Source: an uncultured delta proteobacterium (GTDB taxonomy: Bacteria; Myxococcota; Myxococcia; SLRQ01). From it: 64,000 bases of DNA. A program made the position numbers and the translations under genes. Positions 1 to 10,069 of this stretch are shown here, piece by piece. The notes below the pieces were generated by a model. It was given only the letters and a program-made list of their open reading frames with translations. It was not told the DNA's origin and did no database searches. Location of the stretch: positions 704,001 to 768,000 of the forward strand of contig CAVSGM010000011.1 in assembly GCA_963727485.1 (NCBI GenBank), in the 5' to 3' direction. Each line of letters starts with the position of its first letter. Within the stretch, counting starts at the first letter, position 1.

Positions 1-20
1 CCCCCGGGGCCCCGCGGGCC

Positions 21-3000
21 TCACGCCGCCTCGCTCTCCTGCCCGGGCAAAGGCTCGCGCTCGCCGTCGTCCTCGTCCTCACGGAGGCGGACGCTCACCA
101 GCTTCGAGCACCCGGGCTCCTCCATGGTGACCCCATAGAGGGTGTCGCCAATCTCCATGGTGGTCTTGTTGTGGGTGATGAGGATGAACTGGCTGCGCTG
201 GGCCATCTCCCGGACGATGGCGTTGTAGCGACCGACGTTGTTGTCGTCGAGGGGCGCGTCGACCTCGTCGAGGAGGCAGAACGGCGTCGGCCGCACCAGG
301 AAGATCCCGAAGAGGAGGCTCACCGCGGTCAGCGCCTTCTCGCCGCCCGAGAGCAGGTTCACGCTCTGGAGCTTCTTCCCCGGCGGCTGGGCGAAGATCT
401 CGACGCCGGTCTCGAGCGGCTGGGAGGGATCGGTGAGGGCCAGCGACGCCTTCCCGCCGTTGAAGAGCCGGGGGAAGATCTTCTGGAAGCGCTCGTTGAT
501 GAGCTCGAAGGTCTCCAGGAACCGCGCCTTGCTGGTCTTGTTGATCCGGTGGATGGCCTTGGTGAGCTGCTCCAGGGAGTCCTCGAGGTCGGCCTTCTGG
601 GTGGTGAGGAAGGTGTGCCGCTCGGAGATCTCCTCGAACTCGGAGATGGCGGTGAGGTTCACCTCGCCCATCCGCTCGACCTTGCCCCGGAGCACGCCGA
701 GGCGGTCGTGGTCGTCCTCGGTGGGCGGCGCCACCAGGTGCCATACGGTCAGGGCCTCGGCGAGGGTCATGGCGTGACGCTCCTCGACGCCCTCCTCGAG
801 GTGGCGCAGCTCGAGCTCGAGCTCCCGGTCCTCGACGGTGAGCTGGCTGCGCGACTCGGCGGCGGCCTCGTGGCGCGTGCGCAGCGCGGTGAGCTGGTCC
901 TCGTCGGTGGCGAGCTGCTTCGAGGCCGCGGACACGGTCTCCCGGGCCCGGGCGACCTCGGTGCGCAGCTTCCCCGCCTCGGCGACCAGGCGCTCGGCCT
1001 CGGTGCGCCCCTCGGTCATCCGGGAGTCGAGGTCCTCGAAGGTGGCGCCGCTGCCCTCGACCAGCCCCTGGAGCTGGGCGAGGCGGGCCTCGGTCTCGGC
1101 CCGGGTCTGGTCGAGGCGCACCCGGTCCTTGGCGGCGGCGTCCCGGCGCTCGGTGTCGCCGGCGGCCTTGACCCGTAGCTGGGTCACCTCGCCCTGGAGG
1201 CCCTGGTGCCGGGCCCGGGCGGCGGCGATCTCCTGCTCCAGGCCCTGGACCCGCGCCTGGCGGGTGGCCTGGTCCGACTCGGCGGCGGTGAGCGCCGCCT
1301 GGGTGCGCTCGGCGTCGGCGGCGAGCCCCTCGAGGCGCGCTTCCCGCTCGGCCCGGTCCCGGGCGAGGCCGGCGAGGCGCTCGTCGAGGCGCCCGAGCTC
1401 GTCGGCGACGCGCCCGAGCTCGGTCTCGTGGGCCACCAGGTTGAGCTGCTCGGCGTGGCTGTCCCGGGTGAGGCGGGCGAGGCCCTCGTCGAGGTTGGCC
1501 TCGCGCTCCTCGAGGCGCCGCAGCGACTCGGTCTCGACCGAGAGGGTCGTGGTGAGCCCGGCGACGGCCGCCTCGAGCTCGGTGACCTCGCGGCGGGTCT
1601 CGAGGAGCCCGGTGCCCGCGCCCTCCCGGGTGCCCCCGGTGAGGACCCCGGCGGCGGCGAGGACCTCGCCCCGGCGGGTGACGAAGGTGAGCCCCGGCCG
1701 CTCGGCGGCGAGGGCGGTGGCGACCGCGAGGTCGTCGACGACGACCACGTCGCCGAGGAGGAGCCGGGCGAGGTCGGCGTGGGCGTCGTCGGTGCGCACC
1801 AGGTCGAGGGCCGCGCCCACGACCCCGTCGCGCTCGGCCAGCGCCCGCGCCGACTGGGGATCGCCCCCGGGCACCAGGTCGGCCAGGGCCACGAAGGACC
1901 CCCGGCCCGCCCCCTCGGCCTCGAGCCACCCGGCGAGGCGCCGGGCGGTGTCGCCGTCGCGCACCAGGACCCACTGGAGCCGGGCGTCGAGGACCGCCTC
2001 CACCGCCTGCTCGGCGGCGGGATCGGCGTGGACCACGTCGGCGACCAGCCCGAGGATGGCCGAGGCGTCGACGCCCTCGATGCCGTCGTCCTTCTGGAGC
2101 ATCACCGAGCGCACGCCCTGGGCGTAGCCCTCGTAGTTGCGGAGGATGTCCTGGAGGGACCCCAGGCGGCTGCGCTTCTCGGCGAGGGCGTCCTTGAGCT
2201 CGGCGACCTGCTGCCGGCTGGTGGCGAGGTTCTCCCGGCAGGTCTTGAGGCTCAGAGCCTGGGCCTGCCGGTCCTCCTCGAGCTTGAGCTGGAGCTGGCG
2301 GGTGTCGTCGACGGTGACCGCCAGCTTCTCCCGGCCGGCCTCCAGCTCGGCGATCCGCTCCTCCACCGTGACCCGCTCGGCGTCGGCCTTCCCGGTGGCG
2401 GCGGCGAGCTCGGCGCGCTGGCGCTCGAGGGCCTCGAGGTGGCTCTTGCCCTGGGAGAGGGTGCGGACCACGTCCAGGGCGCCTTCGCGCTCGGCGTCGA
2501 GGAGCCCGGTGAGGCGCTCGACCTCGGCGGCGACGCCGGAGGCCTCCTCGGTGCGGGCGGTGAGGATCTCCCGGTCGGCGGCGATGAGGGCCTCGAGCTC
2601 GGCCAGGGCGGTCTCGGCGGCCTCGCGCTCGGCGGCGAGGGTCTCGAGGCGCCCGTTGAGCTCGGCGGCCTCGGCCCGGGCCTCCCGGGTGCGGACGTCG
2701 AGGCTCTCGCGCTCGCGGACCAGGCCGCTGACCCGCTCCTCGTGGACCTTCGCCTGCCCCTCGGCCTCGGTGGCGCGGTTCTGGATCTCGGCGAGGCGGG
2801 CCTCCTCCTCGGCGAGGCGCTCCCGGCGCCGGCGCAGGTCGGTCTCCAGGGTGGCGACCGCCTCGGTGGTCTCGGCGATCTCCCCGGTGGTGGCCTCGAG
2901 GCGGTGGGCGAGCTGGGTCCGCAGGGCGCTGACCTCGAGCCACCGGTGGGTGACGAGGTGGAGCTCGATCTCCTGGAGCTCGGCCTTGAGCTGCTTGTAG

Positions 3001-3653
3001 CGCTCGGCCTTCTTCGCCTGGCGCTGGAGGCTGTCGAGGCGCTTGCCCAGCTCGCCGACCAGGTCGCCGACCCGCAGGAGGTTCGCCCGGGTGTGGTCCA
3101 TCTTCCGCTCGGCGGCCTTCTTCTTGGCCTTGTAGCGGGTGATGCCGGCGGCCTCCTCGATGAGGGTCCGCCGGTCCTCGGCCTTGGCCGAGACGATGAC
3201 GCCGATGCGCCCCTGCTCGATGATCGAGTAGGCCTTGGTGCCGACCCCCGTCCCCAGGAAGAGGTCGGTGATGTCCATGAGCCGGCAGGGCACCTTGTTG
3301 ATCTGGTACTCGCTCTCCCCGGTGCGGAAGAGCCGGCGGGTCACCGCGATCTCCCGGAACTGCCGGTACTGCGCCGGGACCTCGGAGGCATCGTCGTTGT
3401 AGAAGGAGAGGGTGACCTCCGCCATGCCGAGCGGCGGCCGGCTCTGGGAGCCGTTGAAGATCACGTCGGACATGGACGCGCCCCGCAGGTGCTTGGGGGA
3501 CTGCTCCCCGAGCACCCAGCGGATGGCGTCGACGATGTTCGACTTGCCGCACCCGTTGGGGCCGACCACCCCCGTGATCCCCTTGTCGAACTGGATCACG
3601 GTCTTGTCCATGAAGGACTTGAAGCCGACGATGTCGAGCCGCTTCAGACGCAT
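21..3653 (-). CDS. smc: Chromosome segregation protein SMC
   Basis: N-terminal Walker A GPNGCGKSNIVDAIRWVLGEQS, long coiled coils around a hinge, C-terminal LSGGEK signature and LLDEVDAPLD Walker B; 1210 aa. Confidence 0.97.
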   Translation of the reverse strand: MRLKRLDIVGFKSFMDKTVIQFDKGITGVVGPNGCGKSNIVDAIRWVLGEQSPKHLRGASMSDVIFNGSQSRPPLGMAEVTLSFYNDDASEVPAQYRQFREIAVTRRLFRTGESEYQINKVPCRLMDITDLFLGTGVGTKAYSIIEQGRIGVIVSAKAEDRRTLIEEAAGITRYKAKKKAAERKMDHTRANLLRVGDLVGELGKRLDSLQRQAKKAERYKQLKAELQEIELHLVTHRWLEVSALRTQLAHRLEATTGEIAETTEAVATLETDLRRRRERLAEEEARLAEIQNRATEAEGQAKVHEERVSGLVRERESLDVRTREARAEAAELNGRLETLAAEREAAETALAELEALIAADREILTARTEEASGVAAEVERLTGLLDAEREGALDVVRTLSQGKSHLEALERQRAELAAATGKADAERVTVEERIAELEAGREKLAVTVDDTRQLQLKLEEDRQAQALSLKTCRENLATSRQQVAELKDALAEKRSRLGSLQDILRNYEGYAQGVRSVMLQKDDGIEGVDASAILGLVADVVHADPAAEQAVEAVLDARLQWVLVRDGDTARRLAGWLEAEGAGRGSFVALADLVPGGDPQSARALAERDGVVGAALDLVRTDDAHADLARLLLGDVVVVDDLAVATALAAERPGLTFVTRRGEVLAAAGVLTGGTREGAGTGLLETRREVTELEAAVAGLTTTLSVETESLRRLEEREANLDEGLARLTRDSHAEQLNLVAHETELGRVADELGRLDERLAGLARDRAEREARLEGLAADAERTQAALTAAESDQATRQARVQGLEQEIAAARARHQGLQGEVTQLRVKAAGDTERRDAAAKDRVRLDQTRAETEARLAQLQGLVEGSGATFEDLDSRMTEGRTEAERLVAEAGKLRTEVARARETVSAASKQLATDEDQLTALRTRHEAAAESRSQLTVEDRELELELRHLEEGVEERHAMTLAEALTVWHLVAPPTEDDHDRLGVLRGKVERMGEVNLTAISEFEEISERHTFLTTQKADLEDSLEQLTKAIHRINKTSKARFLETFELINERFQKIFPRLFNGGKASLALTDPSQPLETGVEIFAQPPGKKLQSVNLLSGGEKALTAVSLLFGIFLVRPTPFCLLDEVDAPLDDNNVGRYNAIVREMAQRSQFILITHNKTTMEIGDTLYGVTMEEPGCSKLVSVRLREDEDDGEREPLPGQESEAA

Positions 3654-4064
3654 ACGCTCACCTGCCGGACGCGCGCCCCGAAGGCCGCGGACGTCCCTTC
3701 CTGCACCAAACCACGGAAACCCCAGTTGAATTCAGGGCCTGCGCCTCCCCCGGGGCAGGAATGCGTGCATCAGCGTACAACCAGCAAGCGCAGGAGCGTG
3801 AGCGGTTGGGAGAGGCGCCGACGGGGGCGCATGTTAGAGAGCCGCCCGGTGCAGTTCAACGAAAAAGTGACGTGACACTACATGACACCGCATCATCGAC
3901 AGGGTCACGGGGCCGGCGCGCCACCGGCCAGGCGCCGCAACGCCGCGGAACGGCAGCGGGATCCCGCCGTCGGGCCCCGCCGGCGCCGGCGTCGTGACCC
4001 GCGGGGTGCGCCCGGGCGGCGGCCGCGACGCGGGGGATTGCCCCCGAGAAAGCACCGGGGCCCG

Positions 4065-5395
4065 GTGTCCCGGGAGGTCCGCCGGACCCTGGCGCTCGCC
4101 GCCCCGGTGATCGGCGCCCAGCTCGGGATGATGGCCATGGGCCTCACCGACACCCTCATGGTCGGCCCCCTCGGCGCGGCGCCGCTCGCGGCCACCAGCG
4201 TGGGCAACGCGGTCTTCTTCTCCATCCTGGTGCTGTTCAACGGGACCCTCATGGCCCTGGAGCCGGTGGTGTCCCAGGCGGTGGGCGCCGGGGCCCGGCG
4301 CGAGGCCGGGGCGCACCTGTGGCAGGGGCTGTGGCTCGCGGTGGGCTTCGGCGTGCCCCTGACCCTCTTCTTCGTGGACAGCACCTGGCTCTTCCGCGCG
4401 CTGGGGCAGACACCCGAGGTCTCGGCCCTCGCCGGCGCGTACCTCGAGGGCCGGTCCTTCGCGACGCTCCCGTTCCTCGCCTTCCAGGCCTACCGCAGCT
4501 TCTTCAACGGGGTGGGGCGGCCCAGGGCGGTGCTGCTGGTCACCCTCGCCGGGGTGGCGGTGAACGTCGGCGCCGACTGGGCCTTCATCTACGGGCACCT
4601 GGGGGTGCCGGCGCTGGGGGTGCTCGGGGCGGGGCTGGCCACCAGCACGGTGCGGGTGGTGATGCTCGGGGCCATCGCGCTCGTGGCCCTGGCGCCGGAC
4701 GTGTCGCGCTACCGGGTGCCGGTGGCGGCGCCCCGGCGGCGCGAGGTGTGGCGCCTGCTCACCGTGGGCCTGCCCATCGGGGGCCAGCAGTTCGCCGAGG
4801 TGGCGGTCTTCGCCGCCGCCAGCGTCCTCGCCGGCTGGATCGGCACCGACGCCCAGGCGGCGCACCAATCGCCATGTCCGTGGCCTCGACCACCTTCATG
4901 GTGCCGCTGGGGGTCTCCATGGCCGCCACGGTCCGGGTGGGCAACGGGGTGGGGCGCCGGGACCTCGACGGCGCCATGCGCGCAGGAAGGGTGGCCATCG
5001 TCCTCGGCGCCGGGTTCATGGCCGCCTCGGCGCTGCTGTTGGTGACCTTCCCCGGCCTCCTCGCCCGGGCGTTCTCCCCGGGGCCCGAGGTCCTGCGCAC
5101 GGCGGTGTCGCTGCTGACCATCGCCGCGGTCTTCCAGATCTTCGACGGCCTCCAGATCACCAGCGCCGGGTGCCTCCGGGGCGCCGGCGACACCCGCACG
5201 CCCTTCGTGATCACGGTGGCGGCCCACTGGCTGGTGGGCCTGCCGCTGGGCTGGCTGCTCGCCTTCCCCCTGGGCCTCGGGGTCCGCGGCCTGTGGTGGG
5301 GGCTCACCGCGGGGCTCATGGGCGTGGCGGTGCTCCAGACCACCTGGTTCCTCCGGGGGCGGTGGCGGGCGCGCGGGGCCCTGGTCACGGCGTAG
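4065..5395 (+). CDS. MATE family efflux transporter (NorM-like); frameshift at ~4868, probably a sequence error
   Basis: LAAPVIGAQLGMMAMGLTDTLMVG, PALGVLGAGLAT and FQIFDGLQITSAGCLRGAGDTR motifs. Two ORF halves join as AAHQ|IAMS if one G is restored at 4866-4870. Start codon approximate. Confidence 0.88.
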
Positions 5396-5460
5396 GCCGC
5401 GTGGGGCCTGGGGCCGGGGCCCGGTTGACGCGTCCCCGCCCGGACCCGTACACACCTCGC

Positions 5461-6039
5461 ATGTCAAAGACCCGCTACGTCTCCGTCGACATCGAAGCCA
5501 CCGGGCCGGCGCCCGGGGTCTTCTCCATGGTCTCCATCGGGGCCTGCGTGGTCGGCGAGACCGAGCGGCAGTTCTACGCCGAGCTCAAGCCCATCACCGA
5601 CCGCTTCGACAAGAAGGCCCTGCGGGTGGCCATGCCGAGGCGCACCCACGACTCGCTCTACGAGACCGGCGAGGACCCCGGCGAGGTGATGCACCGGTTC
5701 ACCAACTGGCTCAAGGAGCTGCGGGAGCACGGGACCTACCACCTGGTGTGCGTGGCCCACAACGCGCCCTTCGACTGGATGTTCCTCACCTGGTACTTCT
5801 TCACCTACGTGGGCGAGAACCCCTTCGGGTGGGCCGCCCTCGACACCCGGGCGCTGTTCATGGGCCTGACCGGCAACGCCTGGGAGAAGACGCGCCTCGA
5901 GGACATCAAGAAGCGCTACCCGATGCAGAAGCCCCACACCCACCACGCCCTCGAGGACGCCATCGAGCAGGGCGAGCTCTTCGAGCAGATGCTCGAGACC
6001 CATCGGGCGCTCAAGCTCAAGAAGGGCAGCGAGGTCTAA
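5461..6039 (+). CDS. DEDDh-family 3'-5' exonuclease/exoribonuclease
   Basis: ExoI SVDIEATGP, ExoII HNAPFDWMF, ExoIII HHALEDA. Confidence 0.85.
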   Translation: MSKTRYVSVDIEATGPAPGVFSMVSIGACVVGETERQFYAELKPITDRFDKKALRVAMPRRTHDSLYETGEDPGEVMHRFTNWLKELREHGTYHLVCVAHNAPFDWMFLTWYFFTYVGENPFGWAALDTRALFMGLTGNAWEKTRLEDIKKRYPMQKPHTHHALEDAIEQGELFEQMLETHRALKLKKGSEV

Positions 6040-6089
6040 AGGCGGGTGGCCCGCGTCGCGGCGGGCGTCTCCGCCCGGCCCGGGCCCGC

Positions 6090-7458
6090 CTACTCGGGCT
6101 CCCCGGCCTCGCTCGACAGCTTCCGGTAGATCGTCCGCGCCGAGAGCCCCAGGAGCCTCGCCGCCAGGGTCTTGTCCCCGCCGGTGTGCCGCAGCGTCTC
6201 GTGGATCACCCGCCGCTCGAATCTCCTCGAGGGGCGTCCCGATGGGCACCACAATCTCCCGTGCCGGCACCGCGTCCGCCTCGCGCACCCCCTCGGGCAG
6301 GTCGCCCAGGTCGATGCGGTCGCCCCGGCAGAGCACCACCGCCCGCTGGATCACGTTCTCCAGCTCGCGGACGTTCCCGGGGAAGAGGTAGCCCTCCAGC
6401 GCCCGCATCGCCGGCTCGGTGAACCCCTTGAGCGCCTTGCCGTCCCGCTCGGCGAAGCGCCGGAGGAAGTGGTGGGCGAGGAGCGGGATGTCGCCGCGCC
6501 GCTCCCGGAGCGGGGGCAGGGTGAGGGTGATGACGTTGAGGCGGTAGAAGAGGTCCTCGCGGAAGCGCCCCGCCTCCACCTCGTCGGCCAGCGCCTTGTT
6601 GGTGGCGGCGACGATGCGCACGTCGGCGTGGAGGGTCTCGGTGCCCCCGAGGCGCTCGAGCTCGCCGCTCTGGAGCACCCGCAAGAGCTTGGCCTGCACC
6701 TCGCGAGACAGCTCGGTGATCTCGTCGAGGAAGAGCGTGCCGCCGTTCGCCCGCTCGAAGCGCCCCTCGCGCCTGGCCACCGCCCCGGTGAAGGCGCCCT
6801 TCTCGTAGCCGAAGAGCTCGCTCTCCAGCAGGGTCTCGGGGATGGCGGCGCAGTTCACCGCCACGAAGGCCTCCTCGGCCCGGGGCGAGAGGTCGTGGAG
6901 CGCCCGGGCGGCGAGCTCCTTGCCGGTGCCCGACTCGCCCTGGACCAGCACCGTCGCCGACGAGGGCGCCGCCTGGCGCACCAGGTCCATGGCCGCCCGG
7001 AACGCCGGGGACTCGCCGACGATCCCGCTGACCCCGGCGAGGTCCTTGATCCGCGCCCGCAGCGCCCGGTTCTCCAGGACCAGGGCCTGGCGGTCGAGGG
7101 CCTGGCGCATGGTCTTGACGATGGCCATGCGCTTGAGCGGCTTGGTCACGAAGTCGTAGGCGCCCTCCTTCATGGCCTCCACCGCGGTCTCCACCGTGCC
7201 GTAGGCGGTCATCAGGACCACCTCGGTCTCGGGCGCCACCGTGCGCGCGGCGCGGAGCAGATCGACCCCGCTCATCCCCGGCATCATCAGATCCGTGAGC
7301 AGCACGTTGACCCGGTGGGCGCGCAGCAGGTCCAGCGCCTCCTCGCCCGAGGCCGCCGTGCGCACCTCCCACCCCTCGCGGCTGAAGATGCGCTCGAGGG
7401 AGTCGAGGTTGCTCTGCTCGTCGTCGGCGACGAGGACGATGGGCGGCGAGAGGCTCAC
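6090..7458 (-). CDS. Sigma-54-dependent response regulator (NtrC/AtoC family); frameshift at ~6221 before the HTH
   Basis: Receiver domain, GESGTGKE, GAFTGA, FREDLFYRLNV, PGNVRELEN. The Fis-type HTH (GGDKTLAARLLGLSARTIYRKL) continues in another frame to a stop at 6090. Confidence 0.92.
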
Positions 7459-7539
7459 GAGGGATCAACCGGGGGCGGCGCCGACGCTTCCCGGGAACCG
7501 TCCCCGGGACCATCGCCCAGCCCCGCTCCGTTCCTTATC

Positions 7540-8700
7540 ATGCCTTTGGTGAGGGAGATCGCGGCCATCGCGGTGGTGGTCGGCCTGGCCCTCCTGGGGA
7601 TGCTCCCGGGGCTGCGCCGCCTGCGATCCGCTCTGGGGCTCACGCACTTCGTGAGCTCGGGGCACCTCTTCCTCATCCTGGGCATCGCGCTCGGCCCCGT
7701 GGGCGTGGGCCTCCTCGACGACGCGACCCTCGCCGCCCTGGAGCCGGTGACCGTCTTCCTCCTGGCGTGGATGGGCCTCATCGTGGGCCTGCGCATGGAG
7801 GCCGCGCTCCTGCGCCGGGTCGAGCGCCAGAGCCTCACCCTCGCCGCCGTCGGCGCCACCCTCCCGGCCATCCTCGTGCCCCTGGGCCTGGTGTGGCTCA
7901 CCGGCCTCCACGCCCCGGGGCCGCTCCTGATCGCCGCCGGGTGCGCCGGGGCCACCGCCGCCACCGCGGCCACCTGGCTCCTCCGGGGCCAGCGCACCGG
8001 CGAGCTCGCCCTGGTCCACACCGCCGCCGCCCTCGACGACTGGGCCATCGTGGCGCTGGCCATCCCCGCCTTCGCCCTGGCCCACAGCGGCGGGACCCAC
8101 GCGGGGCTGATGGTCGTGGTCATCCTGGTCGCCGCCGGGGTCATCGGCACCGCCGTGGCCCTGCTCCTGCCCCACCTGCGCCAGGCCGGCGAGGAGCTGG
8201 TGGTGGGCGTCGGCGCCGCGGCGCTGGCCGGGGGCGGCGCCGCCTACGTGGGCCTCTCCAGCGTCGTCGCCGGGGCCGTCGCCGGGGTGGTGGTGGCCAA
8301 CGCCGTCCGGGGCCGCCGGGGGACCCAGCCCTTCTACGCCCTGGTCACCCGGGTGGAGCGGCCCTTCTACCTGGCGTTCGTGGTCCTCACCGGGGCGACC
8401 CTCACCTTCGCCCGCCCGGACCTCTGGGTGCCGCTCTTCCTGGTCTTCGTCGCCGGCCGGGCCCTGGGGAAGCTCGCCGGCGGCTTCGTCGCCCGGCGCC
8501 TCACCCGGGGCCGGCTCCACCCCCTGCGCCTCGCCGCGGTGAGCCTGCCCATGGCGCCGCTCGCCCTCGCCGTCGCCGCCGACCTCGCCACCGTCCACCC
8601 GGGCCTCCTCACCCGGGCGGTGCTGGTGGCGGTGGCCCTCGCCTGGCTCGTCTTCGAGGTAGGCGCCGCGGTCCTGGCGCCGCGCGGGGAGGCCTCGTGA
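7540..8700 (+). CDS. Cation:proton antiporter-like multi-pass membrane protein (first of a pair)
   Basis: Highly hydrophobic; LGIALGPVGVGLL, AALDD and RALGKLAGG resemble Na+/H+ exchanger family motifs. Confidence 0.65.
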   Translation: MPLVREIAAIAVVVGLALLGMLPGLRRLRSALGLTHFVSSGHLFLILGIALGPVGVGLLDDATLAALEPVTVFLLAWMGLIVGLRMEAALLRRVERQSLTLAAVGATLPAILVPLGLVWLTGLHAPGPLLIAAGCAGATAATAATWLLRGQRTGELALVHTAAALDDWAIVALAIPAFALAHSGGTHAGLMVVVILVAAGVIGTAVALLLPHLRQAGEELVVGVGAAALAGGGAAYVGLSSVVAGAVAGVVVANAVRGRRGTQPFYALVTRVERPFYLAFVVLTGATLTFARPDLWVPLFLVFVAGRALGKLAGGFVARRLTRGRLHPLRLAAVSLPMAPLALAVAADLATVHPGLLTRAVLVAVALAWLVFEVGAAVLAPRGEAS

Positions 8701-10004
8701 GGCGCGCCGGGGTCCTGGCCCTGGTGGTGGCGCTGGCCGCCGCGGCGCGCCTCCTGCCCCCGGGCCCGGCGGCGCGGCAGCTCGGCCCGGGGATGGCCCT
8801 CGGGGTGCTCCTCCTCGGGGGCTACCTCGCCGGCTCCCTGGTGGCCCGGGTGAAGCTTCCGCAGCTCACCGGCTACCTCCTCTTCGGGCTCGCCGCCGGG
8901 CCCGCGGTGGGCCGTCTCCTCGAGGGCCCGCTCCTCGACGCCCTGCGCCCGGTGGACGGGATGGCCGTGGCGCTGATCGCCATGAGCGCCGGCGCCGAGC
9001 TGCGCTTCTCCTGGCTCCGGCGCCACGCGGGGCGGGTGGCGGTGGTCGGCGGCCTGATCGGCCTCGGCGTCACCGCCCTGGTCACCGGGGCGCTGCTCCT
9101 GGCCCGGGCCCACGTCCCGTTCCTCGCGGACCTTCGCGGCGAGGCGGCGGTGCTGGTGGCGCTGCTGGTGGGCATCACCATGGCCTCCACCTCGCCGCTG
9201 GTGATCCTCGCGGTCACCGCCGAGACCCGGGCCCGGGGTCCGGTCACCGACCTCCTCCTGGGGGTGGCGGTGCTCATGGACCTGGTGGTCGTGGTCGCGG
9301 TGGGGGTGGTGCTGGCGTTGGCCCGGGGCCGCCTCGGGGGCGAGGCGGTGTCGGCGGTGCAGGTGGCCTGGGGCCTGGTGATCGACCTCGGCGGGTCGCT
9401 GGCCCTCGGCGCCGCCCTCGGGGGCGCCCTGGTCCTGTGGCTCCGGCGGGTGGGCCGGGAGCTGGCCCTGGTGGTCGCCGGGGTGTGCCTCGCCATCAGC
9501 GAGGTGGGCACGCGGATGCACCTGGAGCCGCTCCTGGTCGCCATCGCCGCGGGGATGGTGCTCATCAACTTCGGTGGGGTGCGCTCCGGGCACTTCGTCC
9601 GGGCCATCGAGCGGGTGAGCCTCCCGGTCTACGCCCTCTTCTTCGGCCTGGTCGGCGCCCACCTCGACCTCAAGCTCCTGGTCTCCCTGGGCGTCCTCGG
9701 CGCCGGGCTGGTGGCGCTGCGGGGGCTGGCGCTCTTCGGGGCCACCTGGGCCGGGGCGCGCCTCACCGGCACCGAGGTCCCGGTGCGCCGGGTGGCGTGG
9801 CTCGGCTTCGTGAGCCAGGCCGGGGTGACCCTCGGCATCGCGGTCACCGTGGCCCACACCTTCCCCGGGTGGGGCGACGCGGTGGCGGGACTGGTCATCG
9901 GGGTGGTCGCGGTGAACACCCTGGTGGGCCCGGTGCTCCACCGCCTGGCGCTGGTGCGCGCCGGGGAGGTCCACGCGGCACCCGAGGGGCCGGCGGCGCC
10001 CTGA
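8697..10004 (+). CDS. Cation:proton antiporter (Na+/H+ exchanger family)
   Basis: KLPQLTGYLLFGLAAGP, STSP, SQAGVTLG and NTLVGP motifs; GTGA overlap with the upstream stop. Confidence 0.78.
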   Translation: MRRAGVLALVVALAAAARLLPPGPAARQLGPGMALGVLLLGGYLAGSLVARVKLPQLTGYLLFGLAAGPAVGRLLEGPLLDALRPVDGMAVALIAMSAGAELRFSWLRRHAGRVAVVGGLIGLGVTALVTGALLLARAHVPFLADLRGEAAVLVALLVGITMASTSPLVILAVTAETRARGPVTDLLLGVAVLMDLVVVVAVGVVLALARGRLGGEAVSAVQVAWGLVIDLGGSLALGAALGGALVLWLRRVGRELALVVAGVCLAISEVGTRMHLEPLLVAIAAGMVLINFGGVRSGHFVRAIERVSLPVYALFFGLVGAHLDLKLLVSLGVLGAGLVALRGLALFGATWAGARLTGTEVPVRRVAWLGFVSQAGVTLGIAVTVAHTFPGWGDAVAGLVIGVVAVNTLVGPVLHRLALVRAGEVHAAPEGPAAP

Positions 10005-10069
10005 CCGGGCCGGAGCGCGTCTTGACCGCCCGGGTGCCCGCGGCCGATGGTGGATTCTCGGAGCCTGCC

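Noticed and set aside
3654..4060. Less GC-rich intergenic region upstream of smc as an ncRNA or replication/partition site
   Set aside because: No recognisable RNA family, DnaA-box cluster or parS palindrome; probably promoter DNA.
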